DNA of 64,000 nt from assembly GCA_964606305.1 (NCBI GenBank), contig CAZSGJ010000002.1, positions 27,749-91,748 on the forward strand, written 5' to 3'. A program made the translations under genes and the position numbers. Positions within the stretch are counted from its first letter, which is position 1; every line of letters begins with the position of its first letter. Below the pieces are notes generated by a model. The model was not told the origin of the DNA, made no database searches, and saw only the letters and a list, made by a program, of their open reading frames with translations. This stretch comes from an uncultured Armatimonadia bacterium. Lineage in GTDB: Bacteria; Armatimonadota; Armatimonadia; Armatimonadales; Armatimonadaceae. Of this stretch, positions 19,819 to 28,969 are shown piece after piece.

Positions 19819-20841
19819 ATGCTCGTGATAAAGGTAGCAGTCGTTGGCTATGGGCCATCTTTCAATATGGGGCGTCAGCACTTGACCCAGATGCGGGAAG
19901 CTGGAATGTCACCGGTAGCTGTTTGTGATACGGACCCTGCTAGATTGACCGCCGCGGAAGCGGACTTCCCGGGGATTGCGACATTTAGCTCTGTCGATGA
20001 CCTTTTGGCAATGGGCGATGCAGACCTGATCACAGTGATTACTCCCCATGACTCCCATACGGCTGTCGCATTGCAATGCCTGAACGCAGGAAAGCATGTT
20101 GTTATCGAAAAGCCGATGACGATCACGACCGAGCAGTGTGACTCACTGATCGCCGCAGCAAATGCCAGTGGGGTAGTTTTGTCGACTTACCACAATCGCC
20201 ACTGGGATGGTCACCTCCTCGAAGCTCTCCACCACATTAATGCCGGAGAAATCGGTGATGTCTTCCGAATCGAATGTCATATGGGTGGTTATGATCAACC
20301 ATCCACTTGGTGGCGTAGCCAAAGAAGCGTTTCCGGTGGAATCCTTTATGACTGGGGTGTACACCTCCTTGAGTACAGCCTGCAGATTCTTAATCCAGCA
20401 TCCATCGCTGAAGTTTCTGGTTACGCAAAGCAAGGCTTCTGGGCAGACAACCTTCCTTTCCCACAGGATGCAAATGAAGATGAAGGGCATTTGACAGTGC
20501 GATTCGATGATGGCCGTTGGCTTTCATTGAACATTTCGAGTATCGATGCGCACAACAAGGGTGACCGTGGAATCCTTGAGATAACAGGTACCAAGGGCAC
20601 GTACTTAATGTTTTTTGATAAATGGGTTATCCGCACTAAAGTGGATGGCGTATTGACCACCCGGGAAGGCAAAAATCAGCCAGGTCAGACGGAAAAGTTC
20701 TATCAGAATATCGAGGCAGCCATATCAGGGCGTGAACCATTGGTCATCACTCCTGAATGGGCCCGTCGTCCGGTCCACATCCTGGATTTGGCAGTGGAAA
20801 GTGCAAAACTGGGACGAAGTCTGACAGCTAAATACGCCTAG
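19819..20841 (+). CDS. Gfo/Idh/MocA-family oxidoreductase (cytoplasmic)
   Basis: Has an N-terminal Rossmann fold (KVAVVGYG) and the EKP motif (VIEKPM). No signal peptide. Confidence 0.85.
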   Translation: MLVIKVAVVGYGPSFNMGRQHLTQMREAGMSPVAVCDTDPARLTAAEADFPGIATFSSVDDLLAMGDADLITVITPHDSHTAVALQCLNAGKHVVIEKPMTITTEQCDSLIAAANASGVVLSTYHNRHWDGHLLEALHHINAGEIGDVFRIECHMGGYDQPSTWWRSQRSVSGGILYDWGVHLLEYSLQILNPASIAEVSGYAKQGFWADNLPFPQDANEDEGHLTVRFDDGRWLSLNISSIDAHNKGDRGILEITGTKGTYLMFFDKWVIRTKVDGVLTTREGKNQPGQTEKFYQNIEAAISGREPLVITPEWARRPVHILDLAVESAKLGRSLTAKYA

Positions 20842-20987
20842 ACTGTTACCCGCCAGTCAAGTGATCGGCAACGAATGCGTGTTAAGGCGTGTACGGCAAC
20901 GCAGCGATATTTCTTTATAGTTCGTTAACAAAAGACCTCTCTCCGAAACCTAGACTAATGTCTGGTTAGGTTGGAGGTCTTGTCCTT

Positions 20988-21971
20988 ATGAGATTACATT
21001 CGTTTTCACCCAAAGTTGCAGCGAGCTCACCCGGATTGCTTGCACCAACACAAAACGTTGCCATTAATGGAGCAGGTGCAACGTTTCCAGCGCCTTTGTA
21101 CAATGCGTGGGCTCAGGACTATGCGCAAAAGCGACAAGTCTCGATCAACTATCAGGCAATCGGGTCCGGTGGTGGCATCAAAGCGATAACCGCACGCTCC
21201 GTTGATTTCGGTGCTACAGATTCCCCTATGACCGATGCTGAGCTCGCTCAGGCACAAGGTGTACTCCACATTCCAACATGTGTTGGTTGTGTTGTTGCTG
21301 CCTACAATATTCCGGGAGTCCAAGTTTCAATCAGACTTACCGGTGCCGTTTTGGCAGAAATGTTCACCGGTAAGGTCGGTACGTGGAATCATCCATCCAT
21401 TGCTGCACTGAACCCCGGCGTCAAGCTCCCGGCGATCAGAGTCGTACCAGTTTCCCGTGCAGATTCCAGTGGAACTACGGCCATCTTCACTTCCTACCTC
21501 ACACGCGTGTCGCCATCCTTTAAGGCCGAAATTGGTGAAGGTAAGAGCGTCAATATAAAGGTCGGTGTCAAAGGCAAGGGCAATGACGGAGTAGCAGCAC
21601 TGGTTCGGCAAACCCCGGGTGCTGTCGGTTATGTGGAACTGGCTTTCGCTGAAAAGAACAAAATGCCTTTTGCAACGATTCAAAATGCAAAAGGTAACTG
21701 GATTGTTGCATCAATTCGGTCTGCTACTGAGAGCGCGACGGCTAAAGACCTCCCGGCAGACTTTCGTGCGATGATCACAAACACACAGGACAAAGAAGGC
21801 TACCCAATTGCCGGCTTCACCTGGTTGCTCATGTATCCAAATGCGAAGCGTGAGGTCAAAGACTTCATACGCTGGTGCCTAACCGACGGTCAGAAGTTGG
21901 CCGCAAAATATGATTACGCCCCATTGCCAGAATCCGTTCGCCGCCGCGCATTCGCAGCGATTGGAAAGTAA
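20988..21971 (+). CDS. pstS: Phosphate ABC transporter substrate-binding protein PstS
   Basis: Motifs GAGATFPAPLY, IGSGGGI and SGTT. A GGAGG RBS lies about 10 nt upstream, and an in-frame TAG at 20967 blocks any upstream extension. Confidence 0.9.
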   Translation: MRLHSFSPKVAASSPGLLAPTQNVAINGAGATFPAPLYNAWAQDYAQKRQVSINYQAIGSGGGIKAITARSVDFGATDSPMTDAELAQAQGVLHIPTCVGCVVAAYNIPGVQVSIRLTGAVLAEMFTGKVGTWNHPSIAALNPGVKLPAIRVVPVSRADSSGTTAIFTSYLTRVSPSFKAEIGEGKSVNIKVGVKGKGNDGVAALVRQTPGAVGYVELAFAEKNKMPFATIQNAKGNWIVASIRSATESATAKDLPADFRAMITNTQDKEGYPIAGFTWLLMYPNAKREVKDFIRWCLTDGQKLAAKYDYAPLPESVRRRAFAAIGK

Positions 21972-21974
21972 TCG

Positions 21975-22973
21975 TTGGATTCTAAGTCAAGCGTGAACAA
22001 ACCCGCTGGAATAGTTCTGATTGAGGGCAATCGGGATAACTGGCGGGATTCTGCTTACGTCTGTGCGATTACAATTGCGGCGGTCGTGATAATGACCCTT
22101 GTCCTGGCGATTGGTACCGCACTATTGTGGCAATCATTACCGTCAATCCGGTCGCTCGGATTTGGCTTCCTTACTGGACATGAATGGGATGATGCAGCTG
22201 GTAAATACGGAAGTGCTGCATTCTTGTCCGGCACTCTCTATTCAAGTCTTTTAGCCATTATCGTAAGCGTTCCTCTGTCACTCTGTAGTGCGATTTTTCT
22301 GGCTGAAATCGCACCGAAGTGGATACGTTTACCGATTACATTCATTATCGAGCTATTGGCTGCTATTCCTTCCGTCGTCTACGGACTTTGGGGCATCTTT
22401 GTACTGATTCCGGTACTACGCGACAAAGTGATGACTCCGGCACTTGCATCTCCCGTCATCGCAAAGATTCCTGTTGTAAAGTCGCTGCTTACCGGTGCGG
22501 GTTACGGACCAAGTATGCTTGCAGCCGGCCTGCTGCTCGCAATTATGATTACCCCGTTCATTACCGCAATCTGTCGGGACATTTTGAACGCTATACCAAC
22601 GATTCAGCGCGATGCTGCAGCAGGAATGGGATGCACTCAGTCAGAGATTATTCTGAAAGTTGTCCTCCCAAGTGCCGCTCCTGGACTCATCGGTGCAGTT
22701 ATGCTGGGCTTTGGAAGAGCATTCGGCGAGACGATGGCAGTCACGATGGTGATTGGCAATATGACTCCCAATACACCGGATGGCAGGTCAATAGGACTTT
22801 TCGATCCCGGTTATACCATTGCCTCAGCGATGGCAAACAAGTTCACAGAAGCAACTCCCGGTCTTGCTACCGCAGCCTTAATCGAGCTCGGTTTAGTCCT
22901 GTTTGTGACGTCGATGTTGATCAACTTCGCCGCACGTTCACTTGTCAAAGTCGCATTGCGTAGGTTGGGCTAA
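21975..22973 (+). CDS. pstC: Phosphate ABC transporter permease PstC
   Basis: Polytopic protein with the EAA-loop region (REAAAGMG-like: RDAAAGMGCTQSE). Sits in the pst context. TTG start. Confidence 0.9.
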   Translation: MDSKSSVNKPAGIVLIEGNRDNWRDSAYVCAITIAAVVIMTLVLAIGTALLWQSLPSIRSLGFGFLTGHEWDDAAGKYGSAAFLSGTLYSSLLAIIVSVPLSLCSAIFLAEIAPKWIRLPITFIIELLAAIPSVVYGLWGIFVLIPVLRDKVMTPALASPVIAKIPVVKSLLTGAGYGPSMLAAGLLLAIMITPFITAICRDILNAIPTIQRDAAAGMGCTQSEIILKVVLPSAAPGLIGAVMLGFGRAFGETMAVTMVIGNMTPNTPDGRSIGLFDPGYTIASAMANKFTEATPGLATAALIELGLVLFVTSMLINFAARSLVKVALRRLG

Positions 22974-23839
22974 TGACATCAATAGCGCGAACCCCTAACC
23001 TCAGACGCAGACGCATCGCCAATAGCGTCTTTCAAGGAATATGCACAGCATCTGCTTTAATTGCCATGGCGGTGCTGGGCTACATTTTGTGGTTTCTCTT
23101 GCGTCAGGGACTAGCATTCTTTAAACCAACTCTTTTTTTACGCTTGCCGGACAACGTTAATCCTGCGCTGGGCGGTATAAGACAGAGCATTGTTGGGAGT
23201 GCCGGAATACTCTGTATTGCCCTGTGCATTTCATTACCTATCGGGATTTTGAGTGGCATCTACCAGGCCGAAGCCCGCGGAAAAATCAGCAATGCCGTCC
23301 GATTTCTAACGGATGTGCTAAACGGGATTCCCAGTATCGTAATCGGCTTGTTCGTGTACGCCATTTGGATCCTGCCTTATGCCCTGAGGCATCCTGGACA
23401 AGGTTACTCAGGATTCGCAGGCGGAGCGGCTTTAGGCATCATGATGATTCCTCTCGTGATGAGAACAACGGATGAAATGCTTCAGCTGGTCCCACAATCC
23501 CTTTGGGATGCATCTCTTGCATTGGGGACTCCAAGATGGAGAACGATGTTGCTTATCGTCCTTCCGGCAGCTCGTAATGGCATCGTTACGGGTGTCATGC
23601 TGGCACTGGCTCGCGTGGCTGGAGAGACAGCACCGCTTCTGTTCACCGTTTTGGGGAACGAGTTTGAGGGCCCCTTCTCAGGACCGATTGATGCTCTCCC
23701 CCTTCGACTTTACAAGTACGCTACGGCCGCAGATACTACACAGAATGCGATTGCCTGGTCAACGGCACTAACGCTGATTTTGATGATTCTTATCCTCAGT
23801 ATTGTTGCGCGGCTTGTCACCCGCTCTGGAAAGAAGTAG
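22973..23839 (+). CDS. pstA: Phosphate ABC transporter permease PstA
   Basis: Polytopic protein with the EAA-loop region (WDASLALGTPRW). Its start overlaps the pstC stop. Confidence 0.9.
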   Translation: MTSIARTPNLRRRRIANSVFQGICTASALIAMAVLGYILWFLLRQGLAFFKPTLFLRLPDNVNPALGGIRQSIVGSAGILCIALCISLPIGILSGIYQAEARGKISNAVRFLTDVLNGIPSIVIGLFVYAIWILPYALRHPGQGYSGFAGGAALGIMMIPLVMRTTDEMLQLVPQSLWDASLALGTPRWRTMLLIVLPAARNGIVTGVMLALARVAGETAPLLFTVLGNEFEGPFSGPIDALPLRLYKYATAADTTQNAIAWSTALTLILMILILSIVARLVTRSGKK

Positions 23840-23846
23840 TCCACCA

Positions 23847-24608
23847 ATGTCCTCTGCTACCTGCATTTCTATCGAAGACGTCTCCTTTTGGTACGGTTCC
23901 AATCAAGCGCTGTTCGAGATCAATATGGAGATTCCCAAGAATGCTGTAACTGCATTCATAGGACCATCAGGGTGTGGCAAATCGACATTCCTCCGATGTC
24001 TGAACCGGATGAACGATCGTATTGATGGTGCACGCATGACAGGCACCATTAAGTTTGAATCGCAGAACATCCGCGACAGTGCGGTATCTGTGGAAGCCCT
24101 GCGCAGGACGATAGGCATGGTCTTTCAAAAACCCGTGCCGTTTCCGATGTCCATCTATGACAACATCGCATTCGGACCGAAAACACATGGAATAGCCCGT
24201 GGCAGTGACTTGGATTCCCTTGTTGAAAAGTGTTTGGTTGATGCCGCTCTGTGGGAAGAAGTCAAGGACAAGTTAAAGTCATCGGCGATGGCCTTGTCAG
24301 GCGGACAACAACAGAGACTCTGTATCGCCAGAACACTATCGGTCTCCCCTCAAGTCATCCTAATGGACGAACCGTGCAGTGCACTGGATCCAAACAGTAC
24401 GCACAGAATTGAAGAGCTACTCAATCGCCTTAAAACAGAGTACACCGTTGTCATTGTCACGCACAATCTGCAACAGGCAAGGCGCATATCCGATATGACA
24501 GGATTCTTCCTGAAAGGTGACTTGGTCGAATATGGACCGTCAACTCAGGTCTTCGGGGCACCCAGCAAAGCGCAAACCGATGACTACATCAACGGACGGT
24601 TTGGCTAA
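23847..24608 (+). CDS. pstB: Phosphate ABC transporter ATP-binding protein PstB
   Basis: Walker A (GPSGCGKST), signature (LSGGQQQR) and Walker B (ILMDEP). I chose the start at ATG 23847 (MSSATC...) rather than the longest ORF at 23802. Confidence 0.95.
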   Translation: MSSATCISIEDVSFWYGSNQALFEINMEIPKNAVTAFIGPSGCGKSTFLRCLNRMNDRIDGARMTGTIKFESQNIRDSAVSVEALRRTIGMVFQKPVPFPMSIYDNIAFGPKTHGIARGSDLDSLVEKCLVDAALWEEVKDKLKSSAMALSGGQQQRLCIARTLSVSPQVILMDEPCSALDPNSTHRIEELLNRLKTEYTVVIVTHNLQQARRISDMTGFFLKGDLVEYGPSTQVFGAPSKAQTDDYINGRFG

Positions 24609-24643
24609 TTCCGATACCTTTGTGGTAATCGATAGCTGCTGTC

Positions 24644-25534
24644 CTATGCTTTTGCTGCATTCCATGAGCGGACAACATCTGCTGTTGCCTTGCTTTTGTT
24701 CAGCGTGTAGAAGTGCAACCCTGCGATACCACCCGAAACTAAGCCCTGCACCTGACTAAGGGCGTGTTCCTGTCCAATCCTGACGACGTCGTCCGGGTTG
24801 GTTTCGGCCGCTTCCAACCTCAAGAGGAGTGGATGTGCAATTTTCGCTCCGCAACGCGTAACAAAACGCTTAATCTGCGACACATTGGTTATTGGCATGA
24901 TGCCAGCGACGATGGGAACATCAATCCCATGGTTTAGTAACATATCCCGCCATCGGAACAGGTCATCATTGTCGAAAAACAACTGCGTGATGATAAAAGA
25001 TGCGCCAGCATCCAGCTTAGATTTCAAATGCTCTATGTCACGTGTCAGGTTGAGACATTGAGGATGACCCTCCGGATAGCCGGCCACTCCGATACAAAAT
25101 GGATGTCTTTCAGCAGCGAACTTGACAAGATCCGTCGCGTATTGAAACTTTCCGCCAGACAATGTGGTTTGACCAGGTTCAAGGTCACCACGCAATGCAA
25201 GGACATTCTCTACACCCTCAGCCCACAGCGTATCGAGGTGTGATGACATTTCATCCTCTGAGTGATGAACACATGTCAAATGAGACATCGAACGAATCCC
25301 AAGCTCACTCTGAATGCGCGTTGTGAGCCTCAGCGTCGCAGATGTACCTTCACCTGTGCGGGTGATCGAGACAAAATCAGGATTGAGGTCCTGTAAGCGC
25401 TTTATTGCCTGCCACAGTAACGTCTCACCCTCGTCTGTTTTCGGAGGAAAAAACTCAAAACTTACCGTTGGCCTATTGCTGGAAAATGCACCGGATATAC
25501 GCATCGACATACTCCCATATCCTACCATCGACAT
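24644..25534 (-). CDS. metF: Methylenetetrahydrofolate reductase
   Basis: Motifs FSFEFFPPKT-like (VSFEFFPPKT), ITQLFFD and FYTLN. Confidence 0.92.
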   Translation of the reverse strand: MSMVGYGSMSMRISGAFSSNRPTVSFEFFPPKTDEGETLLWQAIKRLQDLNPDFVSITRTGEGTSATLRLTTRIQSELGIRSMSHLTCVHHSEDEMSSHLDTLWAEGVENVLALRGDLEPGQTTLSGGKFQYATDLVKFAAERHPFCIGVAGYPEGHPQCLNLTRDIEHLKSKLDAGASFIITQLFFDNDDLFRWRDMLLNHGIDVPIVAGIMPITNVSQIKRFVTRCGAKIAHPLLLRLEAAETNPDDVVRIGQEHALSQVQGLVSGGIAGLHFYTLNKSKATADVVRSWNAAKA

Positions 25535-25555
25535 CCCTATGCGAGGTGATACCCT

Positions 25556-26284
25556 GTGCGCGTGTCTGTCCTAATTGTCATTCCCACATACAATGAGGTG
25601 GCAAACCTCCCAGTGATTATCGAGCGCGTTCGAAAAGAAGCCCCTTTGGCTCATTTGCTGATTGTTGATGACACATCACCGGATGGAACCGGTGAGCTGG
25701 CAGATACCTTCGCCCGTGCTGACACTGCTATTCACGTATTGCATCGCAAAGAAAAAGATGGACTTGGTCGTGCTTACGTCGCAGGATTTGAATGGGGTCT
25801 CTCCCGGAACTATGATGTACTGGTGCAAATGGATGGCGACCTTAGCCACAACCCAACCGATGTTCCCCGCCTCGTCGAAGCTCTCTCATCGGCAGATTTG
25901 GTCCTTGGGAGTCGATACGTCACAGACGGTGGTACCGTAAACTGGGGCGTTGGACGTCAGCTCCTCTCACGAGGAGGAAGCTTTTATGCGAGGACCATTC
26001 TGGGATTACCCATACGGGATGTCACCGGTGGTTTCAAAGCTTGGAAAGCAGACACGCTACGTTCTGTCAATCTCTCCACCATTCGCTCAAATGGATACTC
26101 TTTTCAAGTTGAAATGACATACCGCACAGCATGCCTCGGACTTGATATACAGGAAGTCCCGATCATTTTCGCCGACAGAGTGGATGGCGTGTCGAAAATG
26201 AGCAAAAAAATAGTCATAGAAGCCATGCTAATGGTCTGGCGATTGCGATTTACCAGTAAGCAACAATGGCAAAAACAATCCTGA
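25556..26284 (+). CDS. GT2 polyprenol-phosphate mannosyltransferase (Dpm1/Ppm1-like)
   Basis: Motifs VIPTYNE, VDDTSPDGT and MDGDLSHNP. GTG start. Confidence 0.85.
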   Translation: MRVSVLIVIPTYNEVANLPVIIERVRKEAPLAHLLIVDDTSPDGTGELADTFARADTAIHVLHRKEKDGLGRAYVAGFEWGLSRNYDVLVQMDGDLSHNPTDVPRLVEALSSADLVLGSRYVTDGGTVNWGVGRQLLSRGGSFYARTILGLPIRDVTGGFKAWKADTLRSVNLSTIRSNGYSFQVEMTYRTACLGLDIQEVPIIFADRVDGVSKMSKKIVIEAMLMVWRLRFTSKQQWQKQS

Positions 26285-27750
26285 TTCTAGGTGATCAGCT
26301 GTCACTCGATTACATCAATGCGATGGAACCGAATCGCGATGTTGACAAAATCCTGATGGTTGAAGATTGGGAATTTGTCCGCCGAAAACCGTATCACCGT
26401 AAGAAAATCGTGCTTGTTTGGAGTGCGATGCGTCATTTCCGCGATCGATTAAAGGATCTTGGATACGTAGTGGACTATCGCATCAATGAATCATTGATGG
26501 ACTGCATTCGTGATCAAGACGATGCTCTCAGCTGTATTGAACCCCGCGAATCTGGAATGCGGTCAAAGTTGCAAGCAGCAGGAGTAAAGTTCATACAAGA
26601 TCCTTATTGGTTTATGCCACAGGTTGATTTCGCGGAGTGGATGTCAACCAGAAGTCAACCTCGCCTCGAGCAGTACTATCGTTTAGTCCGTCAGCAAACT
26701 GGCTACCTCATGGATGGCAATCAGCCAGTTGGGGGTGTTTGGAACTACGATAAAGAAAACCGAAAGCCATTTCCGAAGAACCATCAGCCAATCTTTCAAC
26801 CAAGCTTTTCTCCCGACGACATCACCTTGAGCGTAGTTGACACTGTTATCAGTCTTAATGGTTTGATTGGAGATGTTGGAAACTTCAGTGAGCCGGTTAC
26901 ACGGGAGGAAGCACTTGAGCGACTATCCTGGTTTGTTCTGGAAGCTCTTCCCGACTTTGGACGGTACGAGGACGCGATGGCATCGAATGATATGTTCGGC
27001 TTTCACAGCATCCTGTCGCCAGCACTGAACCTGTCCTTACTCTCACCCGCTGAATGTATAGATGCAGCAGTTGCAGCTTTCCATAGAGGGACTGCCCCGT
27101 TGGCATCCGTTGAGGCCTTTGTCCGGCAGATACTGGGGTGGCGAGAATACATGTTTCATCTCTATGAGTGGCTGGGAAGTGCTGCATGGAATGACCAGAA
27201 CGCACTTGATGCCCACGAACCACTGCCTGAGTTGTATTGGACCGGAAACACCAAGATGCGCTGTCTCCGGACAACCATTTCCGACACGCTACGTACGGGC
27301 TATGCCCATCACATTATCCGGTTGATGGTCCAAGGTAACTTTGCACTATTGCTTGGGGTCAAGCCAACAGAGATTCGTGATTGGTTTTGGTCTGCATTTC
27401 TGGATGCATATGACTGGGTAGTAACCCCCAATGTGATTGGCATGAGCCAGGCAGCTGATAATGGCCTCACAGCGAGCAAGCCCTACGCAGCCAGCGGCGC
27501 ATACATCAATCGTATGAGTGATTACTGCAAGGGATGCGCGTACTCACCAAAGGCGTTTGCCGGGGATGATGCATGTCCATTTACGACCCTCTACTGGGAC
27601 TTTCTTATTCGCCACGAAAACACAACATTGGCATCGACACGGCTATCAACAAACTACCTCGCGTTACGAGGCAAAACGGCAGCGGACAGAGTTGCGATAG
27701 CGGAACGCAGACAGCAGCTGCAACATCTCTTACAAACAAGCCAGCTATAG
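26266..27750 (+). CDS. Cryptochrome/photolyase-family protein, FeS-BCP (prokaryotic (6-4) photolyase / CryPro) type
   Basis: 494 aa with the COG3046-like layout. It has a four-Cys pattern: one Cys in MRCLRTT plus C-x2-C-x12-C (CKGCAYSPKAFAGDDAC). This matches the [4Fe-4S] ligand spacing reported for PhrB/CryB. Confidence 0.8.
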   Translation: MAKTILILGDQLSLDYINAMEPNRDVDKILMVEDWEFVRRKPYHRKKIVLVWSAMRHFRDRLKDLGYVVDYRINESLMDCIRDQDDALSCIEPRESGMRSKLQAAGVKFIQDPYWFMPQVDFAEWMSTRSQPRLEQYYRLVRQQTGYLMDGNQPVGGVWNYDKENRKPFPKNHQPIFQPSFSPDDITLSVVDTVISLNGLIGDVGNFSEPVTREEALERLSWFVLEALPDFGRYEDAMASNDMFGFHSILSPALNLSLLSPAECIDAAVAAFHRGTAPLASVEAFVRQILGWREYMFHLYEWLGSAAWNDQNALDAHEPLPELYWTGNTKMRCLRTTISDTLRTGYAHHIIRLMVQGNFALLLGVKPTEIRDWFWSAFLDAYDWVVTPNVIGMSQAADNGLTASKPYAASGAYINRMSDYCKGCAYSPKAFAGDDACPFTTLYWDFLIRHENTTLASTRLSTNYLALRGKTAADRVAIAERRQQLQHLLQTSQL

Positions 27751-27762
27751 TTGTGACCGATA

Positions 27763-28596
27763 TTAGGCATCCTGTACGGGAGTTGCTTCGTCGGTCCGCT
27801 CAGCAGCTGTTAGAATGAAGGGCCCATCCTCCAAAATGGCCACCGTGTGCTCGAAGTGCGCTCCCAGCGTGCGGTCAGCAGAAATGATTGTCCAGGGATC
27901 ATCACCTGTATGTGATACTGTTCCCCGACCGGCTGTGACCATCGGCTCAATACAAAACGTCATCCCGACAACAAGCTTAGGCCCCAGTTTTGGGCGCCCA
28001 TAACAAGGTACATCCAATCCTTCTTCGTGCGGCGTCTGGCCAATACCGTGTCCCACGAGGTCACGAACGACTCCAAAACCGTTCTTTTCAACGTGTGACT
28101 GGATAGCATGGGATACATCGCCCATTGAATTCCCCACTATTGCTTTGCGGATAGCATTGTAGAGAGATGCCCGAGTCACGGAGACCAGCTTTTCCGCCTT
28201 TGGACTCTTTGCGTTACCGACGATTGTCGTGATGGCAGAGTCAGCGCACCAGCCATCAAATGTAGCCGCGATGTCCAACTTGACAACATCCCCGTCCCGA
28301 ATAATCCGATCTGCCTTAGGTACTCCGTGCAGAACCTCATTATTGATCGAGATACAGCTGTTATGGAGATACTTTATATCTGAGAACGGTGGTTGATAAT
28401 TTTTGAGTGCGGAAACGGCTCCGTAGCCGGCGAGAATCTCTCCGGCCAATTCATCGAGGTCAAGCGTAGAAACACCCGGTTGTGCAGCTTCTTTCATCGC
28501 TTTGAGCGCAGCCGCTACAGCTTTGCCAGCCTCCCGCATTTTTGCGAGGTCATCCGCACTCTTGAGAGTAAACTTAACCATTCGTTCTCGACTCAT
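27763..28596 (-). CDS. map: Type I methionine aminopeptidase
   Basis: Metal-ligand motifs DIAATFDGWCADS, HGIG and FCIEPM. Confidence 0.95.
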   Translation of the reverse strand: MSRERMVKFTLKSADDLAKMREAGKAVAAALKAMKEAAQPGVSTLDLDELAGEILAGYGAVSALKNYQPPFSDIKYLHNSCISINNEVLHGVPKADRIIRDGDVVKLDIAATFDGWCADSAITTIVGNAKSPKAEKLVSVTRASLYNAIRKAIVGNSMGDVSHAIQSHVEKNGFGVVRDLVGHGIGQTPHEEGLDVPCYGRPKLGPKLVVGMTFCIEPMVTAGRGTVSHTGDDPWTIISADRTLGAHFEHTVAILEDGPFILTAAERTDEATPVQDA

Positions 28597-28603
28597 TTCA
28601 AAC

Positions 28604-28969
28604 TCACTCCGGCATGACCACCCGAAAATTCATGATGGTTAAACCTTCATCTTTCAGCTTCTGCAGCTGTAGTTGCGCTAGCTCTGGAGACCGCTTTGCG
28701 ATTGCAATCCGTCCACCGAAACCGACGACCCGGTGCCACGGGATATCATCAGGGCACTCACGCATGGCTGATCCAACCATTCTCGGAGTAAGACCGAGAT
28801 AGCCGGCGATTTCGCCGTACGTACAAATAGAACCAGACGGGATCTGGTCGACATATTCATAGACCAAGTCCCGCCAGGTTTGTTCGGTTTCGTTATGCGA
28901 TCGATGCTTGATCAACGGTCTCGCGGAGCGTTTCTGCATCAATCGTCGGAGCCAGCGGATTCTCACCAA
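28604..28969 (-). CDS. Alkyltransferase-like protein (MGMT DNA-binding domain with the active-site Cys replaced by Trp)
   Basis: TYGEIAGYLG helix-turn-helix region. The motif reads IPWHRVV in place of the canonical PCHRV. The start is uncertain because the longest ORF overlaps the upstream gene by 77 nt. Confidence 0.8.
   Translation of the reverse strand: MVRIRWLRRLMQKRSARPLIKHRSHNETEQTWRDLVYEYVDQIPSGSICTYGEIAGYLGLTPRMVGSAMRECPDDIPWHRVVGFGGRIAIAKRSPELAQLQLQKLKDEGLTIMNFRVVMPE

Noticed and set aside
20842-20987. Searched the pstS upstream region for Pho-box direct repeats
   Set aside because: I found only loose TTAAC/GTTAAC-like words with no regular 11-bp phasing that I could defend.
22319-22963. 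214-aa alternative-frame ORF inside pstC
   Set aside because: It lies wholly within a confidently assigned permease gene and has an Arg/Cys/Ser-rich composition typical of out-of-frame translation.
28893-28969. 77-nt overlap between the DUF255 gene and the ATL gene, considered as a possible programmed overlap
   Set aside because: It is more simply explained by the true ATL start lying downstream of the longest-ORF Met. The conserved domain begins around residue 30.
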